DNA from: Acidobacteriota bacterium
GTDB taxonomy: Bacteria; Acidobacteriota; UBA6911; RPQK01; JAJDTT01
DNA: 64,000 bases
Reading direction: 5' to 3'
Assembly (NCBI GenBank): GCA_965209055.1
Contig: OZ242374.1
Span: forward strand, 3,296,001-3,360,000
The position numbers and the translations under genes were made by a program. The notes below the pieces were generated by a model. That model saw nothing but the letters and a program-made list of their open reading frames with translations, was not told the DNA's origin and made no database searches. Positions 10,988 to 20,131 of this stretch are shown piece after piece; position 1 is the stretch's first letter, and each line of letters begins with the position of its first letter.

Positions 10988-12322
10988 ATGCCCGAGTTGC
11001 CGCCTGGACCGCGAGCCCCGCGCTTCATCCAGATGTTCCGATGGATCTTCCGCCCCGTTCCGTTTCTGCGGGCATGTGCCGAGACCTACGGCGACGCCTT
11101 CACCCTTCGCCTGGTCGGAACTCCGCCGGTCGTCTTTTTCAGCGATCCCGCAGCCATCAGGCAAATCTTTTCCGGCGACCCCGAACACCTGCGGGCCGGA
11201 CAGGCCAACAGGGTGAGCTTGGAGCACATCCTGGGCCCCAACTCGATATTGCTGCTCGACGGCGCTCGGCACAAACGGGAACGCAAGTTGTTGATGCCGC
11301 CGTTCCACGGCGAACGAATGCGGTTGTACGGCGAACTGATGACCGGGATTACCGATCGATCGATCGAATCCTGGCCGCAGGAAAGGTCGTTTCCAGTTCA
11401 TTCGCGCATGCAGCAAATCACCCTGGAAATCATTCTGCGCGCCGTTTTCGGAGTGGATGAGGGTCCACTGCTGTCGGACCTGCGCACGCGGCTGATCCGC
11501 TGGTTGAACTTCATCGCGGGGCCGCTCGAGACATGGATCGGTCTTACACAACACCGCTACATCCGGCGTCGCGACCCCCTGCTCCGCCGCATCGACCGGC
11601 TGCTGTATGACCAGATCGCCCGCTGCAAAAAGTCACAACGGAAGAAGCGGGCCGACATCCTGGCCATGCTGGTCGCCGCGCGCGACGAGCATGGCCGCCC
11701 CATGAGCGACGAGGAAATCCGGGACGAAATCATCACCATGCTGGTGGCCGGGCACGAAACGACGGCCACGTCACTGGCGTGGGTGATCTACCGCTTGTTA
11801 CAGAACCCGCAGGTACTGGCCAAGGCCCGGGCCGAAGTGGATTCGGTGACCGGGGAGGGACGGCAGGCGTCCAGGCCAATTGGGGAGCAGGTCGCCGGAC
11901 TCGGCTATCTGGACTCCGTCATCAAGGAGACGGCTCGCCTCAATCCGGTCTTGCCCATCGCCGCCCGCTATCTTGGAATGGACATGCGCATCGGAAACCA
12001 TGAATTGCCGGCCGGCAGTATCGTGTTGCCGTGCATCTACCTCACCCACCGCCGACCCGAGTTGTGGCCGGAACCGGAGGAGTTCAACCCCGACCGGTTC
12101 GTGGGGCGCCGGGTCGATCCGTATACGTTTTTCCCGTTTGGCGGAGGCGTGCGCCACTGTCTCGGCGCGGCGTTCGCCAGCTATGAGATGAAGATCGTAC
12201 TGGCTCGCGTGTTGTCGCGCGTGACCCTGCGATTGGACCCTCGCCACACGGTTCGGGTGGTGCGGCGGGGCATTACATTTGCGCCGTCCGGCGGCGTTCG
12301 GGTGATCCGAGCGGCGGACTGA
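10988..12322 (+). CDS. Cytochrome P450
   Basis: AGHETT I-helix, ETAR (ExxR), PDRF and FGGGVRHCLG heme motif. Confidence 0.95.
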   Translation: MPELPPGPRAPRFIQMFRWIFRPVPFLRACAETYGDAFTLRLVGTPPVVFFSDPAAIRQIFSGDPEHLRAGQANRVSLEHILGPNSILLLDGARHKRERKLLMPPFHGERMRLYGELMTGITDRSIESWPQERSFPVHSRMQQITLEIILRAVFGVDEGPLLSDLRTRLIRWLNFIAGPLETWIGLTQHRYIRRRDPLLRRIDRLLYDQIARCKKSQRKKRADILAMLVAARDEHGRPMSDEEIRDEIITMLVAGHETTATSLAWVIYRLLQNPQVLAKARAEVDSVTGEGRQASRPIGEQVAGLGYLDSVIKETARLNPVLPIAARYLGMDMRIGNHELPAGSIVLPCIYLTHRRPELWPEPEEFNPDRFVGRRVDPYTFFPFGGGVRHCLGAAFASYEMKIVLARVLSRVTLRLDPRHTVRVVRRGITFAPSGGVRVIRAAD

Positions 12323-12444
12323 TCTGCCAGTCGCTTGAAGCTGACGTGCCGGTACTTGTCGGGCCTGCCGCGTCTCCATACAATTTCCTTCGAAGTCAGA
12401 TTCCCGGCCGGTCCCCGGCCTGAGAACAGGAGGTACGACCCACC

Positions 12445-14025
12445 ATGATTCGGACCTGGACCCGCTGCCTGTGCCTGATTTGCCTCTTTTTGCTCTTTCC
12501 GGGCGGGGAACTCCGTGGGGAAGGGAAGATCCGCGTTCTCCTGGTCGACGGGCAGAACAATCACAACTGGGTGGAGACCAGCGAGTCGCTCCGCGGCGCC
12601 CTGGAACGCGCCGGCCTTTTCCAGGTGGTCACTTCCACGAGTCCAACCAAGGACGCCGGTCCCGCCGCTTGGAAGGAATGGCGGCCTGAGTTCGGAGCGT
12701 TCGACGTGGTCGTCAGCAACTACAACGGCCAGCCCTGGCCCAACGCTGTGCAGGACGCGTTGGAAGAGTACGTCGATTCCGGAGGGGGCCTGGCCATCGT
12801 CCACGCCGCCAACAACGCCTTTCCCGAATGGGAGGAGTACAACCGGATGATCGGCCTGGGCTGGCGGGACCGGAACTTCGGCGACGCCATCGCCGTCGAC
12901 GACGCCAGCGGCCGGCTCCTGCGTATCGCTCAGGGCGCCGGTATCGGCGCCGGACACGGCCGGCGGCATTCCTATCTGGTCCGGATCCGAAAGCCGGAGC
13001 ATCCCATCATGAAGGGAATTCCGGCCCGCTGGATGCACGCCACCGACGAGCTGTACCACGGACAGCGGGGACCCGCCCTGGACATGACGGTGCTGGCGTC
13101 CGCCTATTCGGACCCGAGGCAAGCCGGGTCCGGCCAGCACGAGCCCCTGGTCTGGGTGATTCCCTACGGCAAGGGCCGGGTCGTCACCAATCTCATGGGA
13201 CATCACTGGCCCGGTCAGGAGCACCGCAACTCACTGCACTGCGTCGGTTTCCAGACCATTTTCACCCGCAGCGTCGAGTGGCTGGCCAGGGACCGGGTCA
13301 CCCTTCCCGTGCCCGATCGGTTTCCCACCACGACGGAGGTCGTGATGGTGGACCTGACGCGGGCGCCCGGGCCCGAAGTGCCGGCGGGACACCGGCTTCT
13401 CTACTACCAGACGATGGGGAGCAAGGAGGCGCTCCGGGACTTCGTCTTCTCCGATCCGTCGGCGTGGCGCTACTCCGGAGGGAGCGAGGACGAGCCGGCG
13501 CTGGAGCATTTCGGGCAGAGCCGGTACGAACCCCCGCACCGGTCCCCCCTGAACATCGCCCTGATCGGCGGCCAGCAGTTCGGCAGTTTCGTGGCGGACC
13601 TGCGGGTCCGGCAGACGGGACGGGAATACGGTCACCGCGATCTCTGCTTCTTTTTCGGTTTCCAGGACCCGGCTCATTTCTACTACGCCCACATCGCTTC
13701 CCGGACCGACGACCACGCCCACAACATCTTTCTGGTCGACGGCCGGGCACGGGTGAAGGTCTCCACGACGACCACCGCCGGACACGACTGGGGCGAACGG
13801 GATTGGCACCAGGTCCGGATCCGGCGCGACCTGGAGAGCGGCTCCATTCAGGTGTTCGTCAATGACATGTCCAAGCCCATCATGAGCGCCCGGGACAAGA
13901 CGTTCGCCGAAGGGTGGATCGGCGTGGGCTCGTTCGACGACACCGGAAAGGTTTCCCGGATACGCATCTGGTCGCCGGAATTCGTTCGCCGAGCGGTCGA
14001 CTTTTTCCCCGGCTCCGATGATTGA
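12445..14025 (+). CDS. Secreted ThuA-like domain protein with C-terminal ConA/DUF1080-like domain
   Basis: Signal peptide; DGQNNHNW, VHAANNAF, DELYH, YGKGRV..MGH; C-terminal WHQVRI...GWIGVGSFDD. Confidence 0.75.
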   Translation: MIRTWTRCLCLICLFLLFPGGELRGEGKIRVLLVDGQNNHNWVETSESLRGALERAGLFQVVTSTSPTKDAGPAAWKEWRPEFGAFDVVVSNYNGQPWPNAVQDALEEYVDSGGGLAIVHAANNAFPEWEEYNRMIGLGWRDRNFGDAIAVDDASGRLLRIAQGAGIGAGHGRRHSYLVRIRKPEHPIMKGIPARWMHATDELYHGQRGPALDMTVLASAYSDPRQAGSGQHEPLVWVIPYGKGRVVTNLMGHHWPGQEHRNSLHCVGFQTIFTRSVEWLARDRVTLPVPDRFPTTTEVVMVDLTRAPGPEVPAGHRLLYYQTMGSKEALRDFVFSDPSAWRYSGGSEDEPALEHFGQSRYEPPHRSPLNIALIGGQQFGSFVADLRVRQTGREYGHRDLCFFFGFQDPAHFYYAHIASRTDDHAHNIFLVDGRARVKVSTTTTAGHDWGERDWHQVRIRRDLESGSIQVFVNDMSKPIMSARDKTFAEGWIGVGSFDDTGKVSRIRIWSPEFVRRAVDFFPGSDD

Positions 14026-14073
14026 CGGGGAGGCGGGAGATCCCTTCTCCTTCGGATGAGTGCGAGGTGACGG

Positions 14074-15987
14074 ATGGACGAGCCGGTGGACGCGGGAAAC
14101 CAGCATCACTTCATTGATTCCGTGCTGGACGATCTTCGAGCTCTCCGCCGGATGCTCGAGCAGGGAAAGATCGAATCCGGTCCACCGAGAATCGGGATCG
14201 AACAGGAACTCTTCCTGGTGGACGACTCTTGGCAGCCGGCTCCGGTGGGTCCCCAGATTCTGGCGGACAACCGGGACCCCCACGTCACTTCCGAGTTGGG
14301 GCGATTCAATCTGGAGATCAACTTCGATCCGCTGGAATTTCGGGGCGGCTGCCTGGAAGAGTTGGAACGGCAACTCGACGGTTCCATTCAGCAATTGGCC
14401 GCCGTGGCGCGGAACCACGGAGCACGCATCCTGCTGACCGGCATTCTGCCGACCCTGACTCTGTCCCGCCTCACCACCGAGAACATGAGCCCGCGACAGC
14501 GGTACCGCACACTCTCGGAAGCGGTCGCGAAGCTGCGCGGCGAAAGCCGGACGCTACGCATCAAGGGAGTCGACGAACTGATGGTCCAGATCAGGACCAT
14601 CATGCTGGAGGCGTGCAATACCAGTTTCCAGGTTCATCTCCAAGTGCCGCCGCCCCAGTTCCCCCGGTACTACAACATCGCCCAATTGGTCACGGCTCCA
14701 GTGCTGGCGGCGGCAGTCAATTCTCCGCTCCTGATGACGAAGAGACTTTGGAAGGAAACCCGAATCGCCCTCTTTCAGCTCTCGGTCGACACCCGCCGGC
14801 CCTTTGCCTACCCGCGGAACTCCAGGCCCCGTGTCGGTTTTGGCGACCGCTGGGTTCGAGACTCGGTCCTGGACATATTCCAAGAGGATGTGGCCCATTT
14901 CCGGGCCCTGATGAAGGTCGAGAGCAAGGAGGATCCATTCCAGGCGCTCTCCCGCAACCGGCTGCCCAAGCTCACGGCCCTCAGCGTGTTCAACGGCACC
15001 GTCTACCGGTGGAATCGTCCCTGTTACGGAGTTCACCAGGGCCGTGCCCACTTGCGCATCGAGAATCGGGTTCTGCCGGCCGGCCCTTCGGTTCTGGACG
15101 AGGTGGCCAACGCCGCCTTCCTCTGCGGCCTGATTACGGGCATGGCCAAAGAGTACGAGGACGTCACCTCCCGGATCTCGTTTGGAGAGGTGAGGTCCAA
15201 CTTCCACGCCGCCGCTCGATTGGGCCTGAACACGCAGTTGAACTGGCTGGATGGAGAATCCACGCCCGCTCCCGAGTTGATTCGCCGGCGGCTCCTGCCC
15301 TTGGCCAGGGAAGGGCTGCAACACCGCGGCATCCGGGCTGAGGACATCGAGCGCTATCTGGGTATCATTGAGAAGCGTGTGGAGAACGGCCAGACCGGCG
15401 CGGACTGGGTGCTGCGATCCTATTCCCGCATGGGAGGCAGCAGGGGCCGGGGCGGGGCTTCCGTGGCCGTGACGGCGGCCACCTATCGCCGGCAGACACA
15501 AGGGAAACCCGTGCACTCCTGGCCTTTGGCGGATGCGGACGAGGGAGGCGACTGGCGGGCCTACTACAAGCGGATCGAGCAATACATGACCCCCGAAGTC
15601 TTCACGGTCCAGCCGGAGGACCCCATCGATCTGGCGGCCAACATCATGGACTGGAAGCAGGTGCGCCACGTCCCGGTGGAAGATGAACGGAACCGGTTGG
15701 TCGGTCTGGTCTCCTACCGGACCATCTTCAGCTTTTTCGTTCGCCAGGGCGCCGGACAACGCAAAATGGAGCCGGTCCGCCGGATCATGAAGCCGGATCC
15801 CATCACCGTGGCTCCCGAGACGTTGACGGAGGACGCCATTGCCATCATGCGGCGAGAGAGGATCGGGTGCCTGCCGGTGGTTCAGGACGATCGGCTGGTG
15901 GGCATCGTCACCTACCGGGACTTCCTGGAGATCGCCGGTCACGTGCTGGAGCAGCAGTTGAGGGCCGGTGGCCACGGCCCGGATTGA
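14074..15987 (+). CDS. Glutamate--cysteine ligase family 2 protein with C-terminal CBS pair
   Basis: IGIEQE, ELGRFNLE, CNTSFQVH, WNRP and RIENRVLPAGP; CBS motifs VRHVPV and IGCLPVV. Confidence 0.85.
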   Translation: MDEPVDAGNQHHFIDSVLDDLRALRRMLEQGKIESGPPRIGIEQELFLVDDSWQPAPVGPQILADNRDPHVTSELGRFNLEINFDPLEFRGGCLEELERQLDGSIQQLAAVARNHGARILLTGILPTLTLSRLTTENMSPRQRYRTLSEAVAKLRGESRTLRIKGVDELMVQIRTIMLEACNTSFQVHLQVPPPQFPRYYNIAQLVTAPVLAAAVNSPLLMTKRLWKETRIALFQLSVDTRRPFAYPRNSRPRVGFGDRWVRDSVLDIFQEDVAHFRALMKVESKEDPFQALSRNRLPKLTALSVFNGTVYRWNRPCYGVHQGRAHLRIENRVLPAGPSVLDEVANAAFLCGLITGMAKEYEDVTSRISFGEVRSNFHAAARLGLNTQLNWLDGESTPAPELIRRRLLPLAREGLQHRGIRAEDIERYLGIIEKRVENGQTGADWVLRSYSRMGGSRGRGGASVAVTAATYRRQTQGKPVHSWPLADADEGGDWRAYYKRIEQYMTPEVFTVQPEDPIDLAANIMDWKQVRHVPVEDERNRLVGLVSYRTIFSFFVRQGAGQRKMEPVRRIMKPDPITVAPETLTEDAIAIMRRERIGCLPVVQDDRLVGIVTYRDFLEIAGHVLEQQLRAGGHGPD

Positions 15988-16002
15988 TCCGGACCGCCTC
16001 GG

Positions 16003-17173
16003 CTACCGGGGGGTGTTCGCCGAAGGGCTCCGTCCGGTCGTGCGTCCGAAGTTGTGGTGCAGCATGGCGGCGGCGATGAGCCCCACGGTCGCCAGCCCGG
16101 ACAGCAGGAGAAAGGTGTGCTGATGCCCGCCGATGCCGGGTGTCGCGTCCAGCAGCCGGCCGGCGATCATGTTGTAGAAGATGTCCGGCGTAAAGCCCAC
16201 CAGGGAGATCACTCCGATGGCCGTTCCGGTCACCGCGCCCGGAACGTGGGTCTGCTCCAACAGGGCGAAGTAGAGCCCGCGTAGCGCGTACACGCCGAAG
16301 ACCGTCACGATCAGGTTCGCATACAGGATCACCACCAGTTCCGGACTCATCCCCAGGAACGACAGAACTCCCCAGCACGCGCCGAGAGAGGCGAACAGCA
16401 CCGTGGTCGTCCAGGCGATCCCGAACCGGTCACCCACGATTCCGGCGAGGATGGCGCCGCCGGGACGGAGGTAGCCCGTCGTTGCGGCGAAGCCGGCGGC
16501 GGCGGTTTCGTTCATCCCCAGCACTTCGTAGTAGTAGAGGGAATAGTTGTCGAGTCCCTTGAAGCCGCAGTAGGCGCAGATCACGATGACGGCCTGCAGC
16601 CACACCGCACGTATCCGCAGGACTTTCCGGACGTTGGACCAGGTCTGCCGCCGGCGTTTTCGGGCGGCTGTGGGCGTCTCGGGTATGAGCCACCACACCG
16701 CGGCGGCCGCCGTCCAGGAGGCCGAACCCACGGCCTTGAGCCAGTTGTCCGCCCCATACCCGGGTTGTGCGGATCAGCGCGCACCAGAAGAGGAAAACGC
16801 TGGACACCCCCCAGAACGCATACAGGACGGACATTCCCAGAAAGCCCGGCAGGGTCATGAGATAGAAGCCGCCCGCGGCTGTGAACAGGAGAGACGCGCA
16901 CATCATCTTCCGGGCCGAAAAGCGATCGGCAAGAATCCCTCCCGGGAAGTACGAAAGCATGGCGGCGATGCCGTAGGGCGCGAAGACGTCGCCCAGGTCG
17001 GCGTTGGAGAAGTCGAAGACTTCAAGCACCGTGGGACGGAAAAACCGCATCAGGTGAAACGGCAGGCTGTAGATCATCTCCCCGGCGAACACCAGGGCGA
17101 ACATGGTGAGAATGCGCGTGCGGGCCTCAGCCGAGATGGTAAATCGCATCACGCCGGCGTCCGGGCGGGACAC
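16003..17173 (-). pseudogene. MFS transporter disrupted by an internal deletion/frameshift near 16705
   Basis: N-half (GGILADRFSARK...GRGFGLLDGGR) and C-half (AAAVWWLIPE...GIVGDRFG) are in different frames. Confidence 0.8.
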
Positions 17174-17185
17174 GGCTCCACGGAA

Positions 17186-19939
17186 TCACCTGAAGGAGAC
17201 GCTGTAGAGCCGGGCGTGACCCTTCAGCCGAAAGCGGAGCCGAAGCGGGTCTCCTCCCGTGGGAAGAATGAGCTGTTTGCCTCCATAGGGCCAGTAGACC
17301 GGGACCGCCAGGCCGTCACCGGTCACCGCGTTGCTCCGGGTCACGATCCGGTCTCCCTGCAGCAGTTCCACCTGAATCAGGCCCCGGCCACGGTAGAGTC
17401 CCGTTGCGTTCAGCTCCAACTCCAGGGGCGCCCCCGTGGGCTTCAGCGGAATCGTGGTCCAGGAGCCGGATCCGGATCCTTCCGCCACCGACAGGCTGAC
17501 GAACCCGTCCCGGCGGATGGTGGCCAGGCCGGTATGCATGGGGGTTTGGATCCAATCGTGGAACCATCCGATGGTGGTCGCGCTGCCGGAGTAGTAGATC
17601 CAGGATTCGCCGTCGACTTCCAAGGGGACGTTCACGGGCGAAACCCAGCCGGCGTCCCAATCCCCCTCCGGGCCCAGTTCGATCACCGGCTGTCCGTCGA
17701 AGACATGGACGAAATTGAGTCCGTCCCGGCTGACGATGAGCTGCTGGGGCATCCGGTGATCGGGGCCCCAGAGGTCGAACATTCCGGGATACATGCCGGC
17801 GTCCAGCCAGACCGAGGTCAGGTGCTGCTCCGCTTCCAGGCCGGCCCGGGGGAACATGTTGGGGTTCCTGGGATCGCTGGTCCACTCCAGCAGGTCGGAG
17901 CTCCAGTAGACGCAGGTCATCCGGACCCAGCGGTAGGTCTCTCGCGCGCAGTGGGAGTACACCTTCCATCTCCGCTCCGGATGCTTCTCCAGGGTGTCGT
18001 AGAAGAAGTTGCGCCGGTCGCCGAACGACATCCGGACGCGCCCTCCGTGGGTCCAGTGAATGCCGTCGGAAGAATAGAGGAGGGGATTGCCCCGCGTGGC
18101 CACGATGGCCTTGTAGCGGCGTTCCGGATTGGTCTCCCGGTCGTCCTTGATCACCATGGGCATGTAGGCGCTGTTGCCTTCCCCGCCCATGTCCATGATG
18201 TTGTTGGCCTTGGACCCCTTGTATTCCACCTGGTTCAGATTGGGTTTGACCCATTTCACCCCGTCCCGGCTCTCGGCGTACCCGACGTAGTGAGGCGACC
18301 GCTGGTTGGCCGCGTAGTCCCGGGAGAGGCCCGAATACCACATCCGGAAGCGGCCCTCGTCGTAGAGGACTTCGCCGTAGGCGTGGGCCCGGAGATCGTC
18401 GAAGCTGCCCGGAGGTCCGGTTCTCAGCACCGGGTTGGCCGGATGCTTCTTCATGGGATGGAGGCTCTCGGCCACTCCGTCGGCGGCGCCCACCTCCAAC
18501 ATGTCCAGGAAGAGCACCTTGCGGCCCGGTTCCACTTTGAGATCCGGGACCGCCATCCGATCGAAGAAGATACCCCCACCGGTGGCGTCGGTGGCGGCCA
18601 GGGTCATGCCCAGGCTCCCGGAGCCCGGCGACATCTGCTTCTGGACCGTGTGGAAGTCGCTCAGGGCGGGTCCCGCGGACAACTCGTTGGTATGAATGTT
18701 GGTGGCCTCTTTGTGAAGCAGCGGGTCCCCGGCCAGGGTCCGGCTTTCGTAAGGAGCGCTGAACCGGGTTCCCAGCCAACGCGAATAAAAGGTGTGGCCG
18801 CGCGTCGAATTGGACCAGAAGACCCAGGCGACGCCGTGTTCGTCGCGGGCCAGTTGGGGGCGGTGGAACTTGTCCCGGCCGTAGTGCAACGGCTTCCGGG
18901 TCCAGTCCCGGCCGTCGAAATAGCAGTAGAGAATGATGTGCTCCGACTTCTCGAAGACCACCAGCGCCCGTTCGCCCCAGCCGACCACGCTGTAGTTGAC
19001 GAAGCCGGTCCCGCTCCAGGGGCCGTGAGGCAGGATTTGGGTCAGGTCCCGGTCCTCGGCGAACGATCTGGCCAGATCGGGGATCTGGAGATAGTAGAGG
19101 AGCCAGGAGTCGTCCCGGGAGAACGCCATGTGGAGAGTGCCGCCGGGGTCCAGGTCCATCACCGGGGCGCGGAAGGCGCCCGGAAGGGTCAGGACCTTGC
19201 GGGTCCAACCGCGGTCCGACGGGGTGGCCATCCAGATCTCGTCCGACTCCTTGCGTCCGTTGTGGCGGTCGTACGCGACTCCGCCGTCCTGCAGGCGCGA
19301 GTGGCCGTCCGAGACCGGCGACGCCTGACTGTAGGCAATCCAGAGCCGCCCCGCTTCGTCGATGGCCAGGTCCCCCATTCGAGGTTCCTTCGCCGCGTCG
19401 TCGACCCGCCGGGCCGGCGTCCAGTTGGCGCCGTCCTGGATCTTGCCGGACGCGCCGGCCCCCGAGACGTCGCAACGGCTGTACCAGATGGCGTCCGGAC
19501 CGGTGCCCTGCCAGATCAGGTGCAGCACGTCGTCTCCGTCGAGGACGAAGCTCACCGCGCTGGCCTCGCCTCCAGCCCCTGTGATCCGATTCTGCGGGGA
19601 CCCTCCCGCCAGCGGTACGGGCGAGTGAAAATCGCCGGCAAACTCGGGGTCACCGCTCTTGGAGACGGCCAGATAGATGGTCCTGCCGCCCGAGGACTTG
19701 CCGTCGTAGGCGGCGAACCAGAGCCCTGCCTGGTTCCGCCCGATCTGCCGTCCGTTGGAGTGAGGGAAGGGAACGGCGCCTCCGCTGCCCCCGACTTTCA
19801 GGGTCACCACCGCCGGCACGGACTCCGCCAGCAGAAGCATCGAAAACACAGAGGCGACCAACCAGGTCCAGCCGGCCGGTTTTGCCGTATTGCGTTTCCC
19901 GTGCCCGGTTGCAGGATGATGGGAATCGGTAAGCACCAT
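17186..19939 (-). CDS. Secreted protein with C-terminal GH32/GH43-like beta-propeller (putative glycoside hydrolase)
   Basis: CAGGAG SD before ATG 19939; signal-like segment; KHPANPVL, YAESRDG..W.KPNL and GLATIRRDGFVS. Confidence 0.7.
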   Translation of the reverse strand: MVLTDSHHPATGHGKRNTAKPAGWTWLVASVFSMLLLAESVPAVVTLKVGGSGGAVPFPHSNGRQIGRNQAGLWFAAYDGKSSGGRTIYLAVSKSGDPEFAGDFHSPVPLAGGSPQNRITGAGGEASAVSFVLDGDDVLHLIWQGTGPDAIWYSRCDVSGAGASGKIQDGANWTPARRVDDAAKEPRMGDLAIDEAGRLWIAYSQASPVSDGHSRLQDGGVAYDRHNGRKESDEIWMATPSDRGWTRKVLTLPGAFRAPVMDLDPGGTLHMAFSRDDSWLLYYLQIPDLARSFAEDRDLTQILPHGPWSGTGFVNYSVVGWGERALVVFEKSEHIILYCYFDGRDWTRKPLHYGRDKFHRPQLARDEHGVAWVFWSNSTRGHTFYSRWLGTRFSAPYESRTLAGDPLLHKEATNIHTNELSAGPALSDFHTVQKQMSPGSGSLGMTLAATDATGGGIFFDRMAVPDLKVEPGRKVLFLDMLEVGAADGVAESLHPMKKHPANPVLRTGPPGSFDDLRAHAYGEVLYDEGRFRMWYSGLSRDYAANQRSPHYVGYAESRDGVKWVKPNLNQVEYKGSKANNIMDMGGEGNSAYMPMVIKDDRETNPERRYKAIVATRGNPLLYSSDGIHWTHGGRVRMSFGDRRNFFYDTLEKHPERRWKVYSHCARETYRWVRMTCVYWSSDLLEWTSDPRNPNMFPRAGLEAEQHLTSVWLDAGMYPGMFDLWGPDHRMPQQLIVSRDGLNFVHVFDGQPVIELGPEGDWDAGWVSPVNVPLEVDGESWIYYSGSATTIGWFHDWIQTPMHTGLATIRRDGFVSLSVAEGSGSGSWTTIPLKPTGAPLELELNATGLYRGRGLIQVELLQGDRIVTRSNAVTGDGLAVPVYWPYGGKQLILPTGGDPLRLRFRLKGHARLYSVSFR

Positions 19940-20131
19940 CGTTGGGCTCTCCTGAAGATTATTGATCTGACGCTCGGTGCCGGAAGGATCGTACCAGAGA
20001 CCGTTCGGGGACGGGATTCGGTTGCCCCAAACCTCAGTGAGTGAAGGAGATACCTTTTGGGTCCGTCCACAGCAGGCCGGCCGCCGGCTTTTCCTCCGTC
20101 CGGGACTTGGGTTATATTTCCGGGAGTTTCC

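Noticed and set aside
10988-12322. P450 as part of a biosynthetic gene cluster
   Set aside because: No PKS, NRPS, terpene synthase or RiPP precursor is recognisable nearby.
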